This document shows positions 1 to 9,570 of a DNA stretch of 64,000 nucleotides, piece after piece. Every line of letters begins with the position of its first letter. The stretch's first letter is position 1. This DNA is from Candidatus Latescibacterota bacterium (GTDB taxonomy: Bacteria; Latescibacterota; UBA2968; GCA-2709665). Made by a program: the position numbers and the translations under genes. Under the pieces are notes generated by a model, which saw nothing but the letters and a program-made list of their open reading frames with translations, made no database searches and was not told the DNA's origin. The stretch spans positions 992,001-1,056,000 of the forward strand of contig OZ242180.1 of the NCBI GenBank assembly GCA_965205485.1. The letters are read 5' to 3'.

Positions 1-1111
1 CTGCGCGGAGTGTCACAGGGACCGGTTCGAGGAATTCAGGCGTACGGCCCACCATCTCACCTCCCGCTTTCCAGGTCCCGAAACGATTCCGGGCAGCTTC
101 TCTCCAGACCAGGCGATCGTCCGGACCCGGAACCCCAACCTCCGCTTCGAAATCACCTCTGATCGTGACGGATACTATCAGACGGCCATCATTGGAAGAG
201 GCGAGGGCAGCTACCGGCGGACCGAGCGCATCGACATTGTCACCGGCTCCGGGAAAATCGGCCAGACCTATCTCTTCTGGCAGGGCGACCTCCTGTATCA
301 GCTTCCGATCTCGTATTTCACGCAGCAGCAGCGGTGGATCAACAGCCCGGGTTATCCCGACGGCGAGGTGAACTTCTCACGCGGCGTCGTCCCCCGGTGT
401 CTGGAGTGCCACGCCACCTGGTTCGAATCGGAATCCTATACCAGTAACGCATACAACAAGGAGCATTTCGTTCTTGGCGTCTCCTGCGAGCGCTGCCACG
501 GCCCCGGAGCGGAACACGCGGCCTATCAACGCGCAAATCCCGACGCGAAGGACACGCCGCACATCCTGCACCCGGGAGGACTCGATCCGCCGCGGCTGAT
601 CGATCTCTGCGCGCAATGCCACTCCGGCGTCGGCGTGCCGAGCCAGCGGCCTTTCTCCTTCCGGCCCGGGGAGTCCCTCAGTGATTTCCTCAAACTGGAC
701 CCCCACGAAGAACTGAACAGGATAGGGGTCCACAGCACCAACCAGCTGCCGCGGCTGACCAGGTCGAAGTGTTTCCAGCAGAGTTCGGCCATGACCTGTA
801 TCACCTGCCATAACCCGCACGCCCTCGAGCGCGGGAACCTGTCCCTGTTCTCCCGGCGTTGCGCGGCATGCCACGAGACCCACGCCTGCGGCATGTCCGC
901 CGAACTGGGTGACGCGATGCAGTCCAACTGCATCGACTGCCATATGCCCCGCAAACAAGACCTGGAAACCGGGTTCGAAACCGCCGAGGATTTCCAGTTT
1001 CCCACCATGCGGGACCACTTCATCGCCATCTATCCGGAAATCAGCCGGCGCCTGGCGCCGCGTTTTCCGCACCCGGAGAAAACCACTCCACCTCAGCAGG
1101 GGGGACACTGA
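1..1111 (+). CDS. Multiheme c-type cytochrome (c554/c552-like), 5'-truncated by the window edge
   Basis: The frame of ORF 368..1111 reads from base 2 as CAECHRDRFEEF. Seven CxxCH motifs are visible: CAECH, CLECH, CERCH, CAQCH, CITCH, CAACH, CIDCH. Confidence 0.85.
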   Translation, partial: CAECHRDRFEEFRRTAHHLTSRFPGPETIPGSFSPDQAIVRTRNPNLRFEITSDRDGYYQTAIIGRGEGSYRRTERIDIVTGSGKIGQTYLFWQGDLLYQLPISYFTQQQRWINSPGYPDGEVNFSRGVVPRCLECHATWFESESYTSNAYNKEHFVLGVSCERCHGPGAEHAAYQRANPDAKDTPHILHPGGLDPPRLIDLCAQCHSGVGVPSQRPFSFRPGESLSDFLKLDPHEELNRIGVHSTNQLPRLTRSKCFQQSSAMTCITCHNPHALERGNLSLFSRRCAACHETHACGMSAELGDAMQSNCIDCHMPRKQDLETGFETAEDFQFPTMRDHFIAIYPEISRRLAPRFPHPEKTTPPQQGGH

Positions 1112-1112
1112 T

Positions 1113-2933
1113 ATGCGCCAATACAGAACGCTCACCCTGGCCGACCGGGGTCAACCCCGTACCGCCATCGTCGTCCCGGATGGCGCCGGAGATATCCTCC
1201 GCGACGCCGCCTCGGAACTGCAAACCGCGCTGGAAAAGATGACGGGCATGGCGCCCCCGATGGGCACGGACGGCGGCAATCCGGCGCCCCGCGGCAGAAC
1301 GGCAATCCACGTCGGGTCCACCGCGTACGCCCGGTCGCTGAACCTGGATGCAGGAAACGCAGGCGTAGAGGGCTACCGCATCCACACTGCCGGCAGGGAT
1401 CTCTTCATCCTTGGCGGTAGCGACAGCGGCACGGCCTACGGCGTCTGCGGCCTGCTGGAAGACCATCTCGGCGTTCGCTGGTTCATGCCCGGCGAACTCT
1501 TCGAAGACATCCCGATGCAAACCACCCTCAGAATTGCACCGGTAAACGAGACGCAAACTCCTGACTTCCTCTTCCGCGTCTTCAGCGGAATCGCCGGGCT
1601 GGAAGGGCATCGCTGGGAACGCCGCAACCGCGTCTCCAGCCGCAGGCACGAACTGCCCTATGCCGGCTTCCACCACGCACTGTACAAGATTTTCCCCGTT
1701 GCCGAATACGGAAAGACCCATCCTGAGTACTACGCGCTCATCGACGGTGAACGGTTGATACCGGAAAACGACGCCGTAAGCAACGGCCTTTTCGGCCAGC
1801 CCTGCACGAGCAACCCCGAAGTCGTCGACGTTACCATAAAGGCCGCGCGCGCCTACTTCGACGAGTACCCCGAGGCGCACTGTTTCTCGTTGGGGATGAA
1901 TGACAACGGGAACTTCTGCCTTTGCGACAACTGCCGCGCCCTGGACATTCCGGATCTGAAATTCCGGGACCGCCCGATCTACTCCGACCGGTGGTTCACC
2001 TACTTCAACGCCGTCGCACGCGCGCTGCAGGAATCCCATCCCGGGAAATTCGTGGGATGTCTGGCCTACCATAACGTGGAGGAGCCGCCCAGACGCATCG
2101 AACGCCTCGAGCCCAACGCCGCCATTTATCTGACGCAGGATACCGCGCAGCACCTGGACCCTGAATATCGGGACAAGGACCGTGAATTCATCCTCTCCTG
2201 GCTCCAGCAGTGCGACCACGTCTGCAAGTACGACTACTATGGCCTGGGCTGGGTGCTGCCGCGCTACTTTGCAGGCCTGATGGCCGACGACATCAAGTTC
2301 CAGCACAGCGCGGGCGTCAAGGGCTTCTATGCCGAAGCCTATCCCCACTGGCCGGCGGCCGGTCCGCAGATCTGGCTGGCATCCAAACTCTGGTGGGACG
2401 CCGGCCAGGACCCGGAAAAGCTCCTCGATGAGTTCTTTTCTCGGCTGTTCCGCGGTGCCGCGGGGGAGGTCCGCGCTTTTTACGACCGTCTCGAAGCCAT
2501 CTGGCGCCGACCGCGGGAGGGCCGGTGGTTTCAGGGTCTGCGCGGGCTGCGCGACCAGGTACCCTGTTACGATTCTGCCGACGCAGACGCCCTCGAAGCC
2601 GCGCTGGACCGCGCGTACAAGGCCACGCGCGACCCGCTCGTCCGTCTCAGGATCGACTACATCCGCCGCTGGTTTGCCTTTCCCGCGACCCTCATCCGCG
2701 GCTGGCACGGAGCCGATGAACTCCTTGGCCTGCAGCCGGGACCCGCGGCCAGGCAAAGGGCGGGAGATCTGCGGAAACTCAGGCCGCGCCTCAAGAGGAC
2801 ATACCGCCAGGCCGTGCTGGAGGACCGCAACATGCCCAAGTCCGCCTATTTCAACGACGGCAGGTACGAGGCGCGCGTCGCGGACCCGTGGACGGAGAAG
2901 GTCGATGAAGCACTGGCGCATGCGGGAGGCTGA
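1113..2933 (+). CDS. DUF4838 domain protein (glycoside-hydrolase-like, with N-terminal GH20/GH67-type domain)
   Basis: ATG at 1113 lies 1 nt after the cytochrome stop, with an AGGGGGG RBS. Motifs GxxYGVxxLLExxLGVRWFMPG, HPEYYAL..G.R, QPCTSNPEV and ND..FCxCxxC. No signal peptide. Confidence 0.75.
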   Translation: MRQYRTLTLADRGQPRTAIVVPDGAGDILRDAASELQTALEKMTGMAPPMGTDGGNPAPRGRTAIHVGSTAYARSLNLDAGNAGVEGYRIHTAGRDLFILGGSDSGTAYGVCGLLEDHLGVRWFMPGELFEDIPMQTTLRIAPVNETQTPDFLFRVFSGIAGLEGHRWERRNRVSSRRHELPYAGFHHALYKIFPVAEYGKTHPEYYALIDGERLIPENDAVSNGLFGQPCTSNPEVVDVTIKAARAYFDEYPEAHCFSLGMNDNGNFCLCDNCRALDIPDLKFRDRPIYSDRWFTYFNAVARALQESHPGKFVGCLAYHNVEEPPRRIERLEPNAAIYLTQDTAQHLDPEYRDKDREFILSWLQQCDHVCKYDYYGLGWVLPRYFAGLMADDIKFQHSAGVKGFYAEAYPHWPAAGPQIWLASKLWWDAGQDPEKLLDEFFSRLFRGAAGEVRAFYDRLEAIWRRPREGRWFQGLRGLRDQVPCYDSADADALEAALDRAYKATRDPLVRLRIDYIRRWFAFPATLIRGWHGADELLGLQPGPAARQRAGDLRKLRPRLKRTYRQAVLEDRNMPKSAYFNDGRYEARVADPWTEKVDEALAHAGG

Positions 2934-2993
2934 CTACCGAACCACTGGTTATGAAAAAGGATCTCGGAAATAACTCAGAAGCAGGAGAAGCCC

Positions 2994-3827
2994 ATGACCG
3001 TAAAATCCGTTTATATGATGACCGATTTGGAAGGCGTGGCCGGCGTCGATGATTGGGACCCGAGGCACCGGGACGACGCCACAACGGCCAAAGGCGTGTA
3101 CGATCGCGCCGAGATGCAGCGCCTGTTGACGGGTGAAGTCAACGCCGCGGCCGAAGGTCTGTTTGCAGCAGGTGTCGAAGAAGTGATCATCAATGACGCT
3201 CATGGAGCCGGGCGCACGATTCTGTCAGAAGAATTGGTTTCAGGCGTGAATCTGGTACAGGGTGTCAATCGGCCGTGCTGGTTGCCGGGCTTGTCGCCCC
3301 GTTTTGACGCGTTGATACAGGTTGGCATGCATGCGATGACCGGCACGCCCAACGGATGCCTCGCACATTCGATGAGCCGCGATATGGTCTATCGCGTCAA
3401 CGGCGCAGAAGTCGGCGAGATGGAAATGGCGGCGTATCTGTGTGGTCATCTGGGCATTCCCTGGGTCTTTACATCGGGCGACCTACATGCTTGTGCCGAA
3501 TCCGAACGATGGGTCAGCGGCATCGTCACGGCGCCGGTAAAGGAAGGTCTGGGAGAATTGTGTGCCTTGCACCTGGCGCCGACAGATGCCGGCGCCCTGA
3601 TCAAAGCGCGCGTTCAGGAAGCCGTTGCGGTCGCAAAAGACATCGAACCGCTCATCGAAAAGAGTCCTGTGGCGATGGAAGTAACGCATCCCGAACCCAA
3701 TCGACTCTCCGTGCGGGACGGCTGCGAACGGGCCGACGACCGTACGATCAGGTGCAAAGGCGAATCCTTCTGGCAGGCATTTCACAACTACTTTTATGGA
3801 AAGCCCGATTTTCCGGTTCCCGCATAA
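2994..3827 (+). CDS. M55 family metallopeptidase (D-aminopeptidase DppA-like)
   Basis: Metal-ligand motifs DLEG, DAHG and GMHA...HS; SGD; VKEG. GGAG RBS. Confidence 0.9.
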   Translation: MTVKSVYMMTDLEGVAGVDDWDPRHRDDATTAKGVYDRAEMQRLLTGEVNAAAEGLFAAGVEEVIINDAHGAGRTILSEELVSGVNLVQGVNRPCWLPGLSPRFDALIQVGMHAMTGTPNGCLAHSMSRDMVYRVNGAEVGEMEMAAYLCGHLGIPWVFTSGDLHACAESERWVSGIVTAPVKEGLGELCALHLAPTDAGALIKARVQEAVAVAKDIEPLIEKSPVAMEVTHPEPNRLSVRDGCERADDRTIRCKGESFWQAFHNYFYGKPDFPVPA

Positions 3828-3872
3828 TGGACCGGGCGGGTTTCGGTGATCGCCGCGCCGGTCACAAGGCGG

Positions 3873-4736
3873 CTATTCGTAAAGAAGCTCATCCACCTCC
3901 TGCATCAGTTCCAACCAGTCCAGATGGGTCTTTGCCACACTTTCGAGGTGCACGTCGCTCCGTGCCAGGAATCCCGGTACCTCGTCCCGTCCCGTCGGCT
4001 TTGACGGGTCCGAGTAACGAATATCCAGGCTCCAGCGGATGCGGTCCGTCCGGTTGGGAAAGGACCGGTGCGCCGTCTTGTGCTGGAACACCACCACGCC
4101 GCCCTTTCGCACCGGACAGGCGACATGCACGCCATCCGGAACCCACCCTTTCCGGATCCCCTCGTTCGGATAACCCGCCACCTCACCGTGCGGCATCAGA
4201 CCGGCGCGGTGGCTGCCCGGTATCACCTCCAGGCATCCATTTTCCACCGAAACGTCCACCAGCGGAATCCAGAAGTTCACCATGAACGTGGCTTCCGCAT
4301 CAGGATGCAGGAAACCCAGGTCCTGGTGCCACGGGATCTGCGACCGGACCTCGTTGGGCATCTTCGCCTGGCAATTGAACTGAGGATGAGCCAGGATCTC
4401 CGGGCCGATGACGGATTCCACGATGTCCAGAATCGACGGGTGCGTGATCACGGCAAACATCCCCGCCGTCTTGAGGCACTTTCCCGTCACCGCCTTTTCG
4501 ATTTCCGACGCATCGTCCATCGTCTCGCGCAGGCGCGCCAGTCTCCGATCGAAGGGCGCGTTTTCGAACGAATCGGACAGCTTGCCATTGGAGCAGGCTT
4601 CCCGCGCCTTGCGATCGATCCCCTCGGCGATGTCGTCGATCAGCGGCTGCAAGTCTTCCGGCGACAGCACGTCATCCAGCAACAGGTAACCGTCGTTCAG
4701 ATAATCGGAAAGCTGCTCCTCGCTCAGACCGGCCAT
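3873..4736 (-). CDS. Phytanoyl-CoA dioxygenase (PhyH) family Fe(II)/2OG dioxygenase
   Basis: PWHQD (HxD), NGCLEVIPGSH, distal HRS..N...R. Confidence 0.9.
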   Translation of the reverse strand: MAGLSEEQLSDYLNDGYLLLDDVLSPEDLQPLIDDIAEGIDRKAREACSNGKLSDSFENAPFDRRLARLRETMDDASEIEKAVTGKCLKTAGMFAVITHPSILDIVESVIGPEILAHPQFNCQAKMPNEVRSQIPWHQDLGFLHPDAEATFMVNFWIPLVDVSVENGCLEVIPGSHRAGLMPHGEVAGYPNEGIRKGWVPDGVHVACPVRKGGVVVFQHKTAHRSFPNRTDRIRWSLDIRYSDPSKPTGRDEVPGFLARSDVHLESVAKTHLDWLELMQEVDELLYE

Positions 4737-4746
4737 AAATGAAGTC

Positions 4747-7700
4747 TCACGAGATTGTCTCCTGATCGACCGGCCGGAATGCCATCACCGTCCCCGCCGA
4801 GGTGGCGCATACGATTTGGCCGGCCTTGGCGCGAAGATGGGTGATTTCCCCATCGACCCGGTCCCTCGCGATCAGCTCCCCGCCGGCGTCGCAGGTCCGG
4901 ATCTCGCCCGTATCGAATCCTGCCAGGATCTTCACGGATCCATTGTCCCGGAACGTGGTCAGCCAGGTGATTTTATCCTCCAGGTCCCGGCGCCAGATGA
5001 CCTCTCCATCGCCCGCGACGCAGGCCAGCTGTCCCACGTCGCTGCCCGCGATCACCTCGGGTCTGCCGTCGCCATTCACGTCCGCAACGGCGATGTCCTC
5101 CACCTCGCCGCCCATATTCACTCGCCAGGACAGGGCGCCCGGCGCTTTCAATTTTCCGCTGCCTCCCAGGCCGGTCTGACCGAACAGTTCGCCGCTCGTC
5201 GCCGCGTTCACCGCCCGCCAGTCCCCGTACACCACCTCGATCACCCCGTCGTCATCCAGGTCGGCGGCGAGGATCGTCGGCGAGACGCATCCCGTGCTAC
5301 GCCGCCACCGCGCCGTGCCGTCGGGATTCAGGCAATTGATGGTATAATACTCGGTACCCACCAGCACCTCATCCCTTCCGTCCCCGTCCAGGTCCATGGC
5401 CAGACATCCGGTGATACAGTGATAGTGGGTCTCGGTCTGCCATTTCAGCGATCCGTCCGCTTCGAACACCTGCAGCAGCCACCCTTCGGCCCCGGCCAGC
5501 ACCTGCTTCCTGCCGTCGCCGTCCAGTTCGGCCGATGTCACGGTGGTCAGACGCTGCGGGCGCATCCCGCTGCCAGGCGGAAACTCGTGCTCCCAGCGCA
5601 CCTCGCCGCCGGCGCCCAGAACGTAAAGCCGGCAGTCGCGCGTACCGATAACAGCTTCCGGCGCACCGTCCCCGTCAATATCCGCAAGATGCACGGCGCG
5701 GACTTCGCCCTGCACGTGGAACACCCAGTTCCGCGCGCCTTCGCGGTCAATCAGGCAGACTTCTCCGCCGGAGGTGCCGAACAGTGTTCCGGCCGATGCA
5801 TCCGAGTCCACGGCGGTCACGCCCGATCCGGCATCGTACTTCCACAGAGGTTCGATACCGCTTCCGACCACTGGTCCCGGATTTATGGATACAGGACCGG
5901 GCCGGTACGACGGCGCCTCCCGCAGCAATCGGTCAAACGTCCCGGACGCGCGGGGCAGGATCTCCAGGTCGTGCCGGCCGGCCGCCAGCGTAAACCAGAC
6001 CAGTTTGCCCTCGCCTCCCGCCGAAATCCGCTCTCCGTTCAGACGGACCTCCTCCGCGCGGATGCCCACGCGGGTCTCTGTCCGGGTTTCGATAATCCCC
6101 TTCCCCCGAGCGAGGTTCATCTCCACCGAAACGGGCGCCCAACTCCTGAATAGCGGCGCTTCCCACGCCAGTTGTGTTCCCTCCACGAGGGCAAATCCGT
6201 CGCTGTCGATCCGGAACAGCTTTCCGTCCACGTCCAGTCCGCCATGTTCCGGCGCCCCGACGCCGGCCATCACGGCCTCGCCCGACCGCCGGTTGCGGAC
6301 CACGGCGACGGACGGACCCACGCGCTCCACGTCGAACCCCTGCGGCGATCCGTCATTGGAAGGATACAGCAGGTTCACGAAAGCGGTCCGGTCACCGGCG
6401 TCCATGGTGAGCCGTATCTTCTGGTGCCACATCCGGACGGTACCGTCGGCGTGCTCGTAATTCTTCCAGTTGGCCTCCCAGTCCGGCGCAAAGTCGGCCT
6501 CGCGGTCCGTCAGTGACTTTTCGGAGTCGTCCGCGTTAACGATGTGAAGCCGCTCGCCGTCCTGTTCGATGCGCAATCCGCTCTCTGACGCGTCCACCTG
6601 TCCGAGTACCCTCCAGATGGCGTCCAGGAGATAATCTCCGCCGTCCAGCGCGTCCACCGAGTCGATTACCAGGAAATACGCCCCCTTCCTCCAGAAGATA
6701 CTTCGCGCCCAGTCCGTGCCGTTATCCCCCGGGGATACGGTCTGGCTGTACCCCCAGTCTTCGAAATTGCCAATCGCCCTGAGCGCCACCTGCGACGGCT
6801 TGGGATAACACGTCCCGTCCTTCACGATCACCACCGTGTTGTGGTATCTCGCCAACCGGCGGATGTAGTCCAGGTCCGCCAGCCAGATGCGGTCGTTCCA
6901 GCAGAGGCGGATGATCGAGTTCCCGTCCTCCTGGGAATGGGAGAAACCCGTAGGCCCGTCGATCAACAGGTACTCGCTGCGCCTGTCAAAGCTTCGCCGG
7001 AACGCCAGCTTGTCGAACGCCTCCGCAAGGGGGACGTCCGATTCCACCAGGGGGTCTCCGTGGTACTGACCCGTCTTCCGTGCCCGATCCCGCGCGAATT
7101 CGTGCGCCGCCCCGTCCAGCATCGACGCGCGCACCCCCAGCAGTTCCACCGGTTCGACAGGCGCGATGTCCTTGAAGAAAAATCCGTCGTACACCTCCCA
7201 TCCGCCGATCCCCCAGTTCCTCTGGCGCTGGAAGGAATCCCGCCACTGCTGGCCCTGCTCCATCCAGTTGTAAAGCCACCGGTAACGCCCGTCGTTGTAG
7301 AACCATGCGCCGATTGACGCCGCCTGCAGCCCGCTCGGACGGCTGGCCCGGGATGCCCTGTACGCGCCGACGTCGCCGTACGTGCAGTCGTCGCCCCTGC
7401 TGTCGATGGTCAGCACCGCGCTGTCCAGCAGCCGCGCCAGATGACCGTCTTCGAGGTACGATTGATCGTCCGTCATCAGCCCGTACTTGATCAGGTGCCC
7501 GGGCGTAATCCACACGTAGCCCGTCCCCGCGTTGTCGTTCGGCTTGTACGACCTGGCGTGCAGTTCCAGGGTCCGGTGCGCCAAAGGCAGCTTTTCGTCG
7601 AAATCCGTCAGCCCGTAATACTTCTTGAAATACCTCGCTCCAATGAACAGACTCAGCGCCGCGAAGCTCTGGTGGTTCTGGTTCTGGACCACATCGTCGA

Positions 7701-8598
7701 CGGACTTGAACCTGAAATGCGTGAGTTCGGACGTCCACCGGATGATGTTGTAGATCGCGTTCGTCATCTTCAGCCGGTCGTCGTCGTTCAGCGCTTCCCC
7801 CTCCTCCATCACGTCCCACGCAGTCAGCATGCGGTATATCCAGAAGTAGAGATGCGTCCCCTGCGACAGGCACCAGTCGCCCGCCTCGTGGGCGAGATCG
7901 ATGAAGAACAGGAATTCCTCTCTGAAAATTCGACCCCATACCTCGTCGCCCGACAGATAATAGAGCATGGCGTGGTCCACCATGCGGCGCAGCGGCCCCT
8001 GACTTCCCGATAGCGCCACCTGCTCGTTGACCGTATCGATGATCTTCCGCGCTTCGGCGTCCGTGGGCGGGGATTCCGGGTTCTGCCGGGACACCGGCCG
8101 GTTGATCCGACCGATGCGCGGCCCCTCCCGCTCCACGATCGAGAGGAATTCGTCCACCGCCCGCGTCACGCCTTCAGGCGTACTTCCTCCCAGTTGTACC
8201 ACGTTCCGGCCGGTCCCGAAGGGATTGTGGACCGTTCTCACCTCGTACCCGTCCCCGCCGGGGTAATACTCGTCCGTCCACGCGTAGAAATTCATCCCCA
8301 GGCGCCGGATCGCCGCGTTGTTGAAGACGTTTCCCGCCGCGACGATGTGCGCGTTGTTCCAGTCGCTCTCCGCGATGTCCGATCCGGGCCGGACTTCGGC
8401 CCCGGTTCCCAGAGCCTCGGCGATTCTACGGCCGATTTCGACACCGGAATCACCGTCGGGAGGCACCACCAGCACATCTCCGGACAGGTCGGTCTCGAGA
8501 TGGAGATCCTTCAGCGTCGGGATCTCCCTGTTCACGATCTCGATGTCGTACGATTCCTGCCGACGCCTGCGCGCGCTTCGTCCTCCTGTTTCGGCCAT
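4747..8598 (-). CDS. Heparinase II/III-like lyase fused to a C-terminal FG-GAP/PQQ-like beta-propeller (~1283 aa)
   Basis: Start moved to ATG 8598 (GAGGTGA RBS). Motifs QNH, HSQEDGN, YHNTVVI. Multiple DxDGDG repeats in the last ~350 aa. No signal peptide. Confidence 0.7.
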   Translation of the reverse strand: MAETGGRSARRRRQESYDIEIVNREIPTLKDLHLETDLSGDVLVVPPDGDSGVEIGRRIAEALGTGAEVRPGSDIAESDWNNAHIVAAGNVFNNAAIRRLGMNFYAWTDEYYPGGDGYEVRTVHNPFGTGRNVVQLGGSTPEGVTRAVDEFLSIVEREGPRIGRINRPVSRQNPESPPTDAEARKIIDTVNEQVALSGSQGPLRRMVDHAMLYYLSGDEVWGRIFREEFLFFIDLAHEAGDWCLSQGTHLYFWIYRMLTAWDVMEEGEALNDDDRLKMTNAIYNIIRWTSELTHFRFKSVDDVVQNQNHQSFAALSLFIGARYFKKYYGLTDFDEKLPLAHRTLELHARSYKPNDNAGTGYVWITPGHLIKYGLMTDDQSYLEDGHLARLLDSAVLTIDSRGDDCTYGDVGAYRASRASRPSGLQAASIGAWFYNDGRYRWLYNWMEQGQQWRDSFQRQRNWGIGGWEVYDGFFFKDIAPVEPVELLGVRASMLDGAAHEFARDRARKTGQYHGDPLVESDVPLAEAFDKLAFRRSFDRRSEYLLIDGPTGFSHSQEDGNSIIRLCWNDRIWLADLDYIRRLARYHNTVVIVKDGTCYPKPSQVALRAIGNFEDWGYSQTVSPGDNGTDWARSIFWRKGAYFLVIDSVDALDGGDYLLDAIWRVLGQVDASESGLRIEQDGERLHIVNADDSEKSLTDREADFAPDWEANWKNYEHADGTVRMWHQKIRLTMDAGDRTAFVNLLYPSNDGSPQGFDVERVGPSVAVVRNRRSGEAVMAGVGAPEHGGLDVDGKLFRIDSDGFALVEGTQLAWEAPLFRSWAPVSVEMNLARGKGIIETRTETRVGIRAEEVRLNGERISAGGEGKLVWFTLAAGRHDLEILPRASGTFDRLLREAPSYRPGPVSINPGPVVGSGIEPLWKYDAGSGVTAVDSDASAGTLFGTSGGEVCLIDREGARNWVFHVQGEVRAVHLADIDGDGAPEAVIGTRDCRLYVLGAGGEVRWEHEFPPGSGMRPQRLTTVTSAELDGDGRKQVLAGAEGWLLQVFEADGSLKWQTETHYHCITGCLAMDLDGDGRDEVLVGTEYYTINCLNPDGTARWRRSTGCVSPTILAADLDDDGVIEVVYGDWRAVNAATSGELFGQTGLGGSGKLKAPGALSWRVNMGGEVEDIAVADVNGDGRPEVIAGSDVGQLACVAGDGEVIWRRDLEDKITWLTTFRDNGSVKILAGFDTGEIRTCDAGGELIARDRVDGEITHLRAKAGQIVCATSAGTVMAFRPVDQETIS

Positions 8599-8701
8599 TG
8601 TCTTCACCTCTAAAATATCCCCGTGCGTCCTGTCTTGTGGAGGTCCGAACAAAATTGTGAACGTATCTGATTCTTCGTCAGACAGACATCCGGTGAATTT
8701 C

Positions 8702-9079
8702 CTATGCTTGCGCGGGACCGGCAAAGTCTGGCGATCTGACGTTCTCCAGAAGCTTTAAACACAGAGATCGCATGGTCTCAAGTTCGTGTAGGAACTCGCG
8801 TTGCGCTTCCTCCGCCGGTAAGCTGTCGAATAGATCGGGTAATTGTATCCCGTGGCCCATGATCGCGTTGGCCTGTCTGTTTTTCAGATGCTTGCGCACG
8901 TAGAGACAGTTGTCCGCATGGTAGAAGCGTTGAATCGCCTCTGTTCCACCCAGAATCCCGGCGCCTAATGACTGCACCATGCCCAAATTCAGCAGTGCGA
9001 AGTGTTCCAACCGTTGAATCACGCCGATGTCACGACACGTATCTGAAAGGTCAATTCGAAATGGATAGCTCTTTTTCAT
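8702..9079 (-). CDS. Hypothetical helical protein (~125 aa), loosely DUF3969-like
   Basis: Likely start MKKSYPF at 9079. AT-richer than neighbours. Family resemblance is weak. Confidence 0.5.
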   Translation of the reverse strand: MKKSYPFRIDLSDTCRDIGVIQRLEHFALLNLGMVQSLGAGILGGTEAIQRFYHADNCLYVRKHLKNRQANAIMGHGIQLPDLFDSLPAEEAQREFLHELETMRSLCLKLLENVRSPDFAGPAQA

Positions 9080-9135
9080 GGCAATATCGTCGATGATGCC
9101 GTAGCGGTAGCACGATGGCTCCGCTCCATCCAACG

Positions 9136-9423
9136 TTAAACGACATGTTTCCAGACTTCCGAAGCCCTCAAGAGGAAACCTGGAGCTACGTTCCAACGTT
9201 CGCCCGTGTCTGTGATGACGGTGACGGTTTTACGGTTGTATTTCGTCAATACGCCAGTGATCCAGTGATCCCCTTCGGGTTTAAAGGCGACCCTCTCCCC
9301 GATTCCGAACTTCAGCATCTCCCGGTGAATCCGTTGTCCGCGAAGGAACTTGATGCGTGCGACAATCCGGTTGTTTAGATCGGTGAGCTCCTGTTCGGAC
9401 ATCTTCTCCAGGTCTATTCTCAT
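9136..9423 (-). CDS. Conserved small hypothetical protein (N-terminal helix plus SH3/KOW-like barrel)
   Basis: 95 aa. Pattern LxDLNNRIVARIKFL...FGIGERVAF...G.LTKYNRKTVTV..D.G.RWNVAP resembles a widespread hypothetical family. GAGGG RBS. Confidence 0.65.
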   Translation of the reverse strand: MRIDLEKMSEQELTDLNNRIVARIKFLRGQRIHREMLKFGIGERVAFKPEGDHWITGVLTKYNRKTVTVITDTGERWNVAPGFLLRASEVWKHVV

Positions 9424-9570
9424 TCCGTACCCTCTCCAATATCGTCTCCTTACCGTTTAGCGACACGATCGGTGACGGATGGAAACAACCGGACGAAGAT
9501 AGATTTGCAACGCCGATACGCAACGAATCCTCCGAAACGCAAAGGCATCTTTTCCACTTACCGATGGTCG

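Noticed and set aside
3828..3872. Bidirectional terminator between the convergent M55 and PhyH genes
   Set aside because: Only an imperfect GC stem with no U-tract on either strand.
8540..8598. Tat signal (SARRRR) on the first lyase-propeller protein
   Set aside because: No hydrophobic h-region follows the arginines.
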